Origin: a virus
Length of the DNA stretch: 64,000 nt
Reading direction: 5' to 3' (one strand)
IMG/VR virus record: IMGVR_UViG_3300032053_011398
Shown: positions 37,687 through 46,617 of the stretch, piece after piece
How positions within the stretch are numbered: position 1 is the first letter of the stretch
Layout: the number at the start of each line of letters is the position of its first letter
Program-made: the position numbers and the translations under genes
Notes under the pieces: generated by a model
The model's database searches: none
The model's input: the letters and a program-made list of their open reading frames with translations, nothing else
What the model was told of the DNA's origin: nothing

Positions 37687-38295
37687 GTGAAGCAAATCGG
37701 TTTCATCGCCAACCAGGACGGGGCCGTCGTCAAATACGACCCCAGGATTCACGCTGTCCGCGAGCCTGCCCAGCCGCCGGGGCCGCTGACCCGGCACCAA
37801 CGGGCCACGCTCTATTTCAAGGCCCTTCGCGCCGCCAGCGCCCTGCTCCGCGAGGTTGGTTTCCAGACCGTAGCCGATGTGGGTCACTCCGGTTTCTGCA
37901 TCGAGATGGACCGGTTCATCCTGGAAATGATGGTTAAGGAGGCACCGCGCCTGGCCTATGTCACCAGCTATCCAGGCTACGTGTATGACCCACAGAATGT
38001 TACGGCCAGGGTCGAAATGGCTTCCTGCCCTACGGATAGCAACGATTACGTGATCCAGGTCGTCGCTTCGTATCCCAGAGGCACCTTTGCGCCGCGCTAT
38101 GTAATGATCCGCCAGAACTCCCCAGATGTGCTCAGGGAGGCATTCATGGGTATTCTGGCAGTGGCACGGACCTTCATCAGCAAAGACCCTCACTTGATGG
38201 CTAAAATTCAGGCCGCGCTGGCGAGGCGCGATCTGGAGAAAGACTTGGACCGGCTGAGCCGGGAGGACGCCCGGCAACTGCCGCCTATGGTATAG
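37687..38295 (+). CDS. Hypothetical protein
   Basis: GTG start after the terminator (VKQIGFIANQDG); the ORF-track extension overlaps the previous gene. Confidence 0.65.
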   Translation: MKQIGFIANQDGAVVKYDPRIHAVREPAQPPGPLTRHQRATLYFKALRAASALLREVGFQTVADVGHSGFCIEMDRFILEMMVKEAPRLAYVTSYPGYVYDPQNVTARVEMASCPTDSNDYVIQVVASYPRGTFAPRYVMIRQNSPDVLREAFMGILAVARTFISKDPHLMAKIQAALARRDLEKDLDRLSREDARQLPPMV

Positions 38296-41200
38296 AGATG
38301 GCCAAGTTGCAACCCACGGCACGGCCCAGCGGCCCATCAAGGCTGGTGTTCAGCATAGTGTAGTTGCCGTTCATCTTGACCACCAATGACGAGCTGCCGC
38401 CGCCATCGAGATTGAGCGCGTTATAGACGGCGTAGTTCCGCATCAAAATGTCCACGATGTCACCCACGGCCATGCCGCCGTTGCCTCCCAACGATCCGCT
38501 CACACCTTCGGCCACACAGACGACCAGGGTGCTTCTGTCGCTCTTCACGCCAACAACGGTGCGGGCACGCTTGAGGTTATACCACGAGTTGCTGTTCGAG
38601 TAGCCGCTCATGGCGGTGAGCTGGTTCGTGCCTGATCCATAGATCGGAATGGTTTTGACGCCGTTCGTAACGACCTGGGCGCTGCCCGCAACGCCATTCC
38701 ACAAGGCCACGCCCTCCAGGACGTGTTTGTTGTCCACGTAGGCTCCGTCGCGGTGGACGACCGTGGCCATGCCGCTGACGCCGATGTTTAGCGCCGGGGC
38801 ATACGGCAGGATCGCGTAGCTCTGATTGGCGTAGCCAATACCGATAGGCTGAGGCTCGAAGGGCGAGAAAACGATGCCTGACGACGCCACAAATCCAACA
38901 TCCGCCGCGTTCGGGCTGGCAGACGGGAAGGGCAGGAAGAAGTTGCCATTGAAGGCCAGGTCAGCGCCCACGCTGGCAGCAAAGTCAAGGGTCGTCTGTC
39001 GAACCGTATCCCGCGAGCCGCCAGGGCTGGTGACGAAGGTGCTGGAATTTATGAGATTGACCACAGCTACGAACATGCGCGTGCCGTCCGGCATCACCAG
39101 CATATCCACGTAAATGTGGTCGTTGACGGACATCCGGCTGCCGATGTTCCAGGGCAAAATGTTGTAGGCCCCGCCAGGCACGGTGCCAGCCCAGGTGTAA
39201 AGATCGGCATAGACCAGTGCGACGGGCCGATTCGGGATCGGCGGAGCGGCTACGACCAGACGGTTGCCGTTGTTTGCAATATAGGCGGAAGGCCAGCGAT
39301 AGGTGAAGGCCGAGTCCACCACCCGAAGGCTGTTGCGTTCGACCTCCGGCACCCGGTTAGTTGGCAGCGGGTCTCCGTATCGCACCAAACTTTGGTAGGA
39401 ATTGGCCGCGAAGATGGGTGCCAACTCTCCCTGTTCGGCCAGCCACACATCGAGATCGCCGTTTCCACCGGCATCTTCGCGCCCGGAATAGAGCTTGAAG
39501 ACCAGCGGGCCGACCAACGGGGTGTTGCTGCCATACCAAACGCAGGGAAACGGCAATGCCGGGACTGAATCGGTGATACCTCTGGCTCGCACCAGGGCGT
39601 ATTCCACGCCGCTCGCTTTAACTGTCAGGATGCTGTCGGGATTAACCTCGGTCATGGACACATCGGCGGGCAGCGTTCCGTAGAAGGCATACTCACTGCG
39701 ATTCGTCAGGCCGGTGAAACCTACGGCGCGGATTGGTGTCGGGGCCGTAGGATAAAGCGTGCCGGTCGCGTAGAGGCGAGGCCGGGGCACCCAGGGCTTC
39801 CAGGAGATGTGAATAGTCGCTCTCTTGGCATACATCCTGAAGTTGATCTGATCGCCTGCCCTCACGTCCATCTTCGTGACGAACGTGCCCAAGCGCATTG
39901 GGAATCGGGTTGGAACCCCGGCGCGATAGCGGATGAGTTGCTTGTCGTTGCTGCTCACCGAAACGATGAACTCCAGAGTGCCACTGCCAGGAACCACCAA
40001 AACCGGCTGCTCGACGACATTCTTGCTGACGATAACCGTTGCGTGGCCTTCGATCAAACCAGCCGCGCCGTCGTCGTAAGTTTGCGGCACGACACCTTGG
40101 AACGGAACTCCCGTGTCCATGTGGTTCATGTAAACGTCCACGTCGCGCTGGGTCTCGTGGTCGCGGTAACGCACAACCATGCCGCCCGTGGCGGAGCCGG
40201 TGCAGAAGGAGTCCTGGCAGTCATAGACCACATCCACTTCGTCGCGCCCGACCAGGCTGTAGCCGGTTGTGTAAGCTAGGCTGCCCGCGTTGCCGTAGCA
40301 GGTGCCGTTGTAGGCCACGTAGCCGGGAGGAATTGTCGTGCTGGGATAGGGAATGACCAGTGGATTGCTGGTGCCGTTGCAGGCCAGGAAGGCATAAGCC
40401 ACACCGCAGTAGCTCCCGTTCGTGTAGGCCACAAAAGGATCATAGGCGGGCAGGATGCCATCAGTGCCGACCCACTCCAAAGTGATGCACGGATTGCAGT
40501 AACAGCGCGTTACCTGGTCAGCGGGGGCCACGTAAGGAGCCGGATTATAGAGCGGCTGGAGGACATGGAGCTTAGTAGCCCCATTGTATTCGCCGTAGCA
40601 GAACAGGCCCGCTGGCACGCATTTTGGGTCGTAGCAGGCGATGATGTCAGCGACCAGTGGGTAGATGGTGCCGGAAGCGTCCACGGTGTAGGTGCCGTTG
40701 GCGCTAGCCGTCGTAGTGCCCATCATGGCGACCAACGGGCCGACGTTGTGATAGCACGCGCCGTCAAAACGGGCGAATGGACCTGAAACCATCGAGTAAA
40801 CCGTGCCTTGCAGCTCGGCTGGATCGGGCCGGGTAACTCCAACCGGCCAGGAGACGAGATCGGCCCCACTCTCGTCGAGGTTGACGATGCCAACAATGCC
40901 GTTGTCAATGAACTCAGCGTCGGAAATGTCAACATTTGCCTCTGCGATTTTGAGGTAGGTTTGGAGGTCAGGGCTGAAAGCATCCGCCATAACCGGCACC
41001 GCGACCGAACGAGTGCTGTAACCGCCTGCGGTGAGCAGGTTCACGCTGATGACTGTCCCCGCATTCACATAGCCATTGGCCAAGTAGATGGCGACCTTGC
41101 CCCAAACCCGGCGAGGACGCTGGATGATCGTGGGGTAGGCGGGCATCATGAATGAAATTGTGAACGGACGCGATTCCTCGATGGCATAGGTCGAGTGGGC

Positions 41201-42475
41201 ATCGACTTCCAGAAGTCCTTCAGTCGCCGGGTCATACGAAGTCGTCCAGTTTTGATCGGTGTAGAACAGCCGGTGCGACTGCTCCGAAATGTCGGGCCTG
41301 CCTTCCAAGCTGAGGGTGACCGGCAGCGTTTCGGGCAAGTCAGTTTCATAGGTCTGGATAGCGGTCGGCGAGCTGCCCATGCGGCCTTCGGGCGTATCCG
41401 TATCGGTCAGCAGGTTCACCTTGCTGAACAGGACGGCGAAGCGCCGGGCACGCTGGCCTGCTCCACCCTCGGACGTGGATTCAGGGCACAGCCTGAACTC
41501 ATAAACCTGGGTCTTATCATAAAAGCACTTCACCCGGATGCGGAAGCGGAATGGCAATTGCGGGCCGACCGACGTGGCGAAACCTTCGGTCGTGATCTGG
41601 AGCCGGAGGTCGGCGGGCGCGGGCACGAAGTAAGTGTTGCTCAGAAACTCGTAGGGCAGGTCAATCGTGCCCGGAGCTTCGCCTCGGACAGACCAGTTGC
41701 CTGTGGGTGTGCGGACGACGACCTGGCCCGGCGCACGCACCGTCTCTGGATCAAGTTCGACCTGGAAATAAGTCGTGCCTGGCAGCAGGTAAATTTGCTC
41801 GGCCATTGCGGTCATAGGCATAGCCACGGTGGATGAAAAGCTCGCCTCGCCGATCTGCTCGCCAGTATAAGCATAGCCCAGGAATTGCATTGTCTTGCCC
41901 GGCTGCGGCTGGAGGCTGGCCTGAATTTCGTAGTCGCCGACCACGACCGTTGAGCTGTCGCCAGTGACAGTGTTGTTATCGTTGTCAATGACCTTGGAGA
42001 CGATCCGGTAAACACCGTGATCGGCGTTTTCGTAGTGGATCGTGGCGGTGGTGCCTGATGCCTGCCAAATGCTGTTCCGGTAAAGGTTCCAAGTGAGCGA
42101 CTGGTAGTTCCGGCCCCTGGGGTCGCTGAAGACGATTTGAGCGTCGATAGGGTCGCTCTTGCGGTATTGAATCTTGCTCCAATTGATGGAGGTCGTAATC
42201 GGGCCAATGGGAGTGCTAACAACTTGAACGAAAAAGCTTTGGTGCTGAGCAGAACCGTCGCCTTTAACGACGAACACGTCGATCAAAGTGGTGACCGGAT
42301 CAACCGGCGTGAACGAAATCACCGGGGTCGTTCCAGAGGCAATTTCGACCGTCGCCCAGACCGACCAAACGGACTGCAACGGAACCTGGCCGTCCACCAG
42401 GATGCTCAGCGCCGCCGATACGTTGGCAGTCAGAATCGGTGGTAGCGGCTTGCCAGCAAACATCAGCGTTATCAT
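38285..42475 (-). CDS. Large virion protein with Ig/PKD-like N-terminus, Cys-rich repeats and a C-terminal phosphodiester glycosidase (NAGPA-like) domain
   Basis: AFNGNFF, ARTVVG, ALNLDGGGSS and RAVGCNL; GTAGTTA 5 nt upstream (42481-42487). Confidence 0.75.
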   Translation of the reverse strand: MITLMFAGKPLPPILTANVSAALSILVDGQVPLQSVWSVWATVEIASGTTPVISFTPVDPVTTLIDVFVVKGDGSAQHQSFFVQVVSTPIGPITTSINWSKIQYRKSDPIDAQIVFSDPRGRNYQSLTWNLYRNSIWQASGTTATIHYENADHGVYRIVSKVIDNDNNTVTGDSSTVVVGDYEIQASLQPQPGKTMQFLGYAYTGEQIGEASFSSTVAMPMTAMAEQIYLLPGTTYFQVELDPETVRAPGQVVVRTPTGNWSVRGEAPGTIDLPYEFLSNTYFVPAPADLRLQITTEGFATSVGPQLPFRFRIRVKCFYDKTQVYEFRLCPESTSEGGAGQRARRFAVLFSKVNLLTDTDTPEGRMGSSPTAIQTYETDLPETLPVTLSLEGRPDISEQSHRLFYTDQNWTTSYDPATEGLLEVDAHSTYAIEESRPFTISFMMPAYPTIIQRPRRVWGKVAIYLANGYVNAGTVISVNLLTAGGYSTRSVAVPVMADAFSPDLQTYLKIAEANVDISDAEFIDNGIVGIVNLDESGADLVSWPVGVTRPDPAELQGTVYSMVSGPFARFDGACYHNVGPLVAMMGTTTASANGTYTVDASGTIYPLVADIIACYDPKCVPAGLFCYGEYNGATKLHVLQPLYNPAPYVAPADQVTRCYCNPCITLEWVGTDGILPAYDPFVAYTNGSYCGVAYAFLACNGTSNPLVIPYPSTTIPPGYVAYNGTCYGNAGSLAYTTGYSLVGRDEVDVVYDCQDSFCTGSATGGMVVRYRDHETQRDVDVYMNHMDTGVPFQGVVPQTYDDGAAGLIEGHATVIVSKNVVEQPVLVVPGSGTLEFIVSVSSNDKQLIRYRAGVPTRFPMRLGTFVTKMDVRAGDQINFRMYAKRATIHISWKPWVPRPRLYATGTLYPTAPTPIRAVGFTGLTNRSEYAFYGTLPADVSMTEVNPDSILTVKASGVEYALVRARGITDSVPALPFPCVWYGSNTPLVGPLVFKLYSGREDAGGNGDLDVWLAEQGELAPIFAANSYQSLVRYGDPLPTNRVPEVERNSLRVVDSAFTYRWPSAYIANNGNRLVVAAPPIPNRPVALVYADLYTWAGTVPGGAYNILPWNIGSRMSVNDHIYVDMLVMPDGTRMFVAVVNLINSSTFVTSPGGSRDTVRQTTLDFAASVGADLAFNGNFFLPFPSASPNAADVGFVASSGIVFSPFEPQPIGIGYANQSYAILPYAPALNIGVSGMATVVHRDGAYVDNKHVLEGVALWNGVAGSAQVVTNGVKTIPIYGSGTNQLTAMSGYSNSNSWYNLKRARTVVGVKSDRSTLVVCVAEGVSGSLGGNGGMAVGDIVDILMRNYAVYNALNLDGGGSSSLVVKMNGNYTMLNTSLDGPLGRAVGCNLAISIP

Positions 42476-42522
42476 CGGCTTAACTACGCGCTTTACGCCG
42501 TGGCCCAGCCATCGCTATCTTT

Positions 42523-43107
42523 TCAATCCGTGGCCAGTGCGCCGTAGATGAACTGCTGATCGACGAAAGCCAGCTCAGTATTCTCGATAATCATGGGGTT
42601 GACCCGGCCTTTATCCGGGAAAACCTCCTGGCCGGTGTAAAATGGATAGCCAACGTCCGCACCGACCTGGCGCACGCTGAAATGGAGGTTTTCCCTCTTG
42701 GCATCCTCGGCGGTATCCGGCAGAACGATAAGGCTTTCGCGGCGAACAGACGGCTCGATGAGCACAAAACGCCCCACGATCTTGAACGATTCCAACTCGA
42801 TCACGTCCCTGGTGAGCCTGGCGATGATGTCCTCGACGTGGAGGAAGCAATTCAGCACGCCCTTGATGTCGAAGGTGAGACTCTCGACTAAAGACGGTGG
42901 AAGCTGGAACAGCACAAGATCGCCAGCGATGTAAGTCTCTTTGGTGCTGTGTTTGCCATCCGGCCCATAACCCTCCATCGCGCCGACCGCGATCACTTCG
43001 CCGATCTCGTAGAGCTTCGCCCGATTGGGAAGAAGCTGGATCGCGCCCTTGAGCTTCGTTGCGTGTTGCTTGACCACCACTCTGCCCGCCATAACTCTCA
43101 TATTCAT
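42523..43107 (-). CDS. Co-chaperonin with two tandem GroES-like domains
   Basis: GRVVVK..GAIQLLP..GEVIAVG..GDLVLF..EDIIA, then GRFVLIEP..LIVLPDTA..QVG. Confidence 0.75.
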   Translation of the reverse strand: MNMRVMAGRVVVKQHATKLKGAIQLLPNRAKLYEIGEVIAVGAMEGYGPDGKHSTKETYIAGDLVLFQLPPSLVESLTFDIKGVLNCFLHVEDIIARLTRDVIELESFKIVGRFVLIEPSVRRESLIVLPDTAEDAKRENLHFSVRQVGADVGYPFYTGQEVFPDKGRVNPMIIENTELAFVDQQFIYGALATD

Positions 43108-43171
43108 AGGCTTCGCACACCTTCTGCTTGTCCCCGCACTGACCACCTAAAAAGAACGCAGTTACTTTTGT

Positions 43172-44248
43172 TTACAATTTTGCTCCTGGATCGTGGGCCA
43201 GGCTGCCACGTGCGCCAGGGAAGTCTTTACCCAGGCGCATCATGGCTACGTCCTGCGGGAGTGGCGTTTGTCGTTCCGTCACGGCGTATAGGGCCGCTTC
43301 TACATCATCGTTAGCGTCATTGGTCAACCGGGCGGTGCCATCGGCACTTCGGCTGTGGGGCATCCGGGCAACCGTGACCGGCAGGAGCGCCCCAAGCCTG
43401 GCCCCGGTCTCGACGGCCAGGTCACTGGAATCGCTGTCGAACAGGATGCAGAACTCCTTGATGTGGCGGTATCGCTGGAACTTGGCAACCTGGGAGCGAC
43501 TGAGGCGATGGGTAAAAACGCAGACCGGTGCGATATGGGCCACATCCAGCTCGCGCAACTTGTGCCGGAGCGACAGCGCGTTAAGGATCGACTCCACGAC
43601 GATCACCCGGCTCACCTGGAGGTCAGTCAGGGCGTCTAGGTTGTAAACCCAATAGCTTGGCCCGTAGGGAACCTCTTTTTTGCCGGGAAACCGCTTGGTG
43701 CTCTCAAAGCCTTCGTCGTTGTAGGTGCGACCCTGGTAATACACGCATCGCATACCTTCGTAAACCGGGAAAATGCAGAACGGCTCCCATGGCCCCGTGC
43801 GCGTAAATCCAGCCCCGGCTTCCTCCAGGTCTTCGATGCTCAAGTGCTTGCGTTCGGCCATGTCCCGACAGAAACGCCAATAGCAGCTCTTGCGGTTATT
43901 GCTCAGCAGCTCAAACCCGGTCGGCAGTTCGATGTCCTGGACGGGCGTAACCGCCTTTCTCATGTCGCCTTCCATAAGCTGCTGCCCAAAGCCTTCAAAG
44001 CCATCGCTGCCCTCATCGTCGGCCCATTCCAAGCCTTTTAACTTGAACAGGGACTTGACGTGATGGGGCTGGGGGTCGTGGCAGCGCCAGCAATGTGTGT
44101 AGAGGGTCTTGACATTGATGCTCCGATTTCCTGTTTTGTCATCGCACCCGCTAACCGGACAGAGGATGTAGATTTCATCGTCCGTCGAACGGTTTTTGAT
44201 GACCTCGAAGGCATTGCCAATCTCGCGTTTGATCTTATCCGGCGACAT
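43172..44248 (-). CDS. DNA primase (zinc finger + TOPRIM)
   Basis: CPVSGC..CWRC; YYQGR; VESILNAL; FDSD; DAND; start MSPDKIK. Confidence 0.8.
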   Translation of the reverse strand: MSPDKIKREIGNAFEVIKNRSTDDEIYILCPVSGCDDKTGNRSINVKTLYTHCWRCHDPQPHHVKSLFKLKGLEWADDEGSDGFEGFGQQLMEGDMRKAVTPVQDIELPTGFELLSNNRKSCYWRFCRDMAERKHLSIEDLEEAGAGFTRTGPWEPFCIFPVYEGMRCVYYQGRTYNDEGFESTKRFPGKKEVPYGPSYWVYNLDALTDLQVSRVIVVESILNALSLRHKLRELDVAHIAPVCVFTHRLSRSQVAKFQRYRHIKEFCILFDSDSSDLAVETGARLGALLPVTVARMPHSRSADGTARLTNDANDDVEAALYAVTERQTPLPQDVAMMRLGKDFPGARGSLAHDPGAKL

Positions 44249-44270
44249 GCTGTAGTTAAGAACGAAGTTT

Positions 44271-44462
44271 ATGGAATTGAACCAAATGATCGACATTTCG
44301 AGAAAGTTCGAGCCGAACAAACAGCAGCAGGCCATCCAGCAGGACGGCCAGGCCAAAGCTGCCTTCGCCTTGAACTTGATCCAGCGGATGCCCCAAGAAC
44401 CTCCGAAGCCCGAAGAAGCGGTAAGAATTCCCTGTTTGGGGGTCTTAGCCATTCCGAGCTGA
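44271..44462 (+). CDS. Small hypothetical protein
   Basis: GTAGTTA at 44252-44258 upstream; fills the gap between the primase start and the sulfotransferase end. Confidence 0.55.
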   Translation: MELNQMIDISRKFEPNKQQQAIQQDGQAKAAFALNLIQRMPQEPPKPEEAVRIPCLGVLAIPS

Positions 44463-45203
44463 CGGGGCGGCTGCCTGAGCCGAAGAATCTAAAAGTTCGC
44501 TCCTCTTGCTTGTTCGCTCCAACAGCTCACGGTAGCACGGCCACAGATCGTTAGCGGTCATTTTACCCCTGGTGATGTGCGCCATTTTCGGCTGGATGAA
44601 GTCCCGCTTGATCGTGTAACTCAGCAGTGTCTCCAGGAAGGGCAGGATCGAGCCGTCGATCAGTTCGTCGGTCTCGATATAGCAAAAAGTGCCGTCGTCG
44701 TTGGCCAGCACATGCTCATAAGTATTGAGCCACATCTGCTCCAGGGCAGACCTCTCCTGGGCGATCACGGGATGATCCGCCCGCAAGCGCAGGGCACTAT
44801 CCACGAAATCGGATGGTTTGCGGAACAGGACGATGTTGACGTGCGGCTGAACGAAGAAAGGCTTCCAGGCCGGGTAGGTGAAAGAGAAGCGCGGGTCTTT
44901 GAAAGCATAGGGCTGAAACCAAAAGTAGCGCCGCACGGCCATCAGATCGGGGAACCTTGCCAGCGGCATTTTCTCGCGGGCTTCCAACGGGATGGGAGCG
45001 ACTAAAATGCCTTTGAAGTCGCAGACCTGCTTCAGCAGATCGTTGTTCCAGCAGCATACCCCGTGGTCTTCCCAGTAGCCCTGTGGCATCTGGCTGGTCG
45101 CACCGACCGGGTGCAGACCCGTGAACACTCCTGACTTGGCCAAGGCCCCCGCGAGGGCGGAAGTGCCGCACCTGCCAGAACCGAAGATAAGGCAATTTCT
45201 CAT
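44445..45203 (-). CDS. Sulfotransferase-family protein
   Basis: GSGRCGTSAL PAPS-binding loop, GYWED, KDPRF, LFRKP. Confidence 0.75.
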   Translation of the reverse strand: MRNCLIFGSGRCGTSALAGALAKSGVFTGLHPVGATSQMPQGYWEDHGVCCWNNDLLKQVCDFKGILVAPIPLEAREKMPLARFPDLMAVRRYFWFQPYAFKDPRFSFTYPAWKPFFVQPHVNIVLFRKPSDFVDSALRLRADHPVIAQERSALEQMWLNTYEHVLANDDGTFCYIETDELIDGSILPFLETLLSYTIKRDFIQPKMAHITRGKMTANDLWPCYRELLERTSKRSELLDSSAQAAAPSARNG

Positions 45204-45850
45204 AACTTATGCACCTCCGTTGACCAGCCATCGCGCACGCACGCCAGCATTCGTTCGCGGACTGTTTCTAAGACGGCAACCTTTCCGGCAGCCCAATAAT
45301 GTTTCATCCAGGCGTCCGGCCAAAAGTCGGAGTCTTGGTTGCAGATCAGCCACTCCGGGATGAACGAAATTTTGCTCCGAAAATCCGGGAAGAACTGCAT
45401 CAGGCACTTGATGGCGTTTTGCTCCCAGGCGTCACGGGTGCCAAACGGACCAACCGGATCAACCGTCCCCAGCATAGGCAGCAGATCAAAAAGAGCCTTC
45501 GACCAGGCGCAATTTTTGACCAAGAAAGCGCCAAAACACACGCCCCACTTATCCAGGGAGATGAGCAACGGCTTATTCCACGAAAAGGTATTGACGATCT
45601 CCTCCAACTTGATGTCCTGGCGCATCAGCACGATGTCCGCGTCGAGCCACATAATCCAGTCGCAGTCGTCCATCTGCGAGCACACGGCCATGAGCTTGTT
45701 CCAGGAAGCAGGCTGCTGCGGATTGAACAACGACCGGTAGCAGACAAATCCATAGCCGTGTTTGCTGGCATACGCCTGGACCAGCGGGGCGCTGACTTCC
45801 CCCAGCATCGCCCGGCCCTCGTCGTAGAGCATGACCAATTTTATCTTCAT
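45200..45850 (-). CDS. Glycosyltransferase, GT34/MNN10-like
   Basis: YASKHGY, SWNKL, WIMWLDAD (DxD) and WEQNAI. Confidence 0.75.
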   Translation of the reverse strand: MKIKLVMLYDEGRAMLGEVSAPLVQAYASKHGYGFVCYRSLFNPQQPASWNKLMAVCSQMDDCDWIMWLDADIVLMRQDIKLEEIVNTFSWNKPLLISLDKWGVCFGAFLVKNCAWSKALFDLLPMLGTVDPVGPFGTRDAWEQNAIKCLMQFFPDFRSKISFIPEWLICNQDSDFWPDAWMKHYWAAGKVAVLETVRERMLACVRDGWSTEVHKL

Positions 45851-46617
45851 TAGTAGTATAACCACTTTGGATAGCGAGACTGCGGTGCCGTCATTTTCCG
45901 GGCAGCCGTAATCAGGCACTCCTCGCGGATGATCTCCGGGAAGCTATTGGCTCTCAGGTGGTCGATCAAGTGGCGGTCGGTCTCGGTGAAATCAAGCGCG
46001 TAATTACAGCCTTTGACTTCTGTCACCTGGTAGCCGCTGGCTTCAGCCAGGTCTTTCAGCTCGCCGGGCGAGTATTCCCTGGCCAGGCGCGGCTCGCTGG
46101 AGATGATGTAGTTGCTGAAAAATCCGGGGTGGAACCCGTTCAGCACTTTCCAGACGGCCTTGATCGAGCAGGCGTTGGGCACGGACAGGATCAGGGTGCC
46201 GCCGACCTTCATGGTGCGGTTGATCTCATACATCATCCACATCGGGTCGCACTGCATGTAGGACAAGACCTCGCAGCAGAGCACGCAGTCGAACTGGGCA
46301 TCTTGGTAGGGAAAAGTGTCCTTCTCGGCATCGAAGAAGTCCATCCGGCTTTGGAACTCTTTACCCTCGCGGGACATGATGTTTGCGTTCCGCGTGCCTG
46401 TCCCCAAGTAGCAGGCATACACGTCCGGGTAGCCGCCGATGAACTTGCAAACCGGAGCCATCTGGAGATAGCTGCCCATGTCCAGCAGGGCCTTGCCGGG
46501 GCCTCCCTCCGGGACGCACTCCAGCGTCCTCAACAACCGGATACGATGAGACTGGACGTATGCCTCCGCGTCTTCGGTGACCGTCCAGTCAATTATCTGC
46601 GGCAGCGTAACCGTCAT
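45850..46617 (-). CDS. Class I SAM-dependent methyltransferase
   Basis: LLDMGS, FPYQDAQFDCVLCCEV, MKVGGTLILSVPN. Confidence 0.85.
   Translation of the reverse strand: MTVTLPQIIDWTVTEDAEAYVQSHRIRLLRTLECVPEGGPGKALLDMGSYLQMAPVCKFIGGYPDVYACYLGTGTRNANIMSREGKEFQSRMDFFDAEKDTFPYQDAQFDCVLCCEVLSYMQCDPMWMMYEINRTMKVGGTLILSVPNACSIKAVWKVLNGFHPGFFSNYIISSEPRLAREYSPGELKDLAEASGYQVTEVKGCNYALDFTETDRHLIDHLRANSFPEIIREECLITAARKMTAPQSRYPKWLYY

Noticed and set aside
44249-44452. N-terminal extension of the primase given in the ORF track
   Set aside because: Non-protein-like sequence; a plus-strand ORF with a late motif occupies the interval, and MSPDKIK is a better start.
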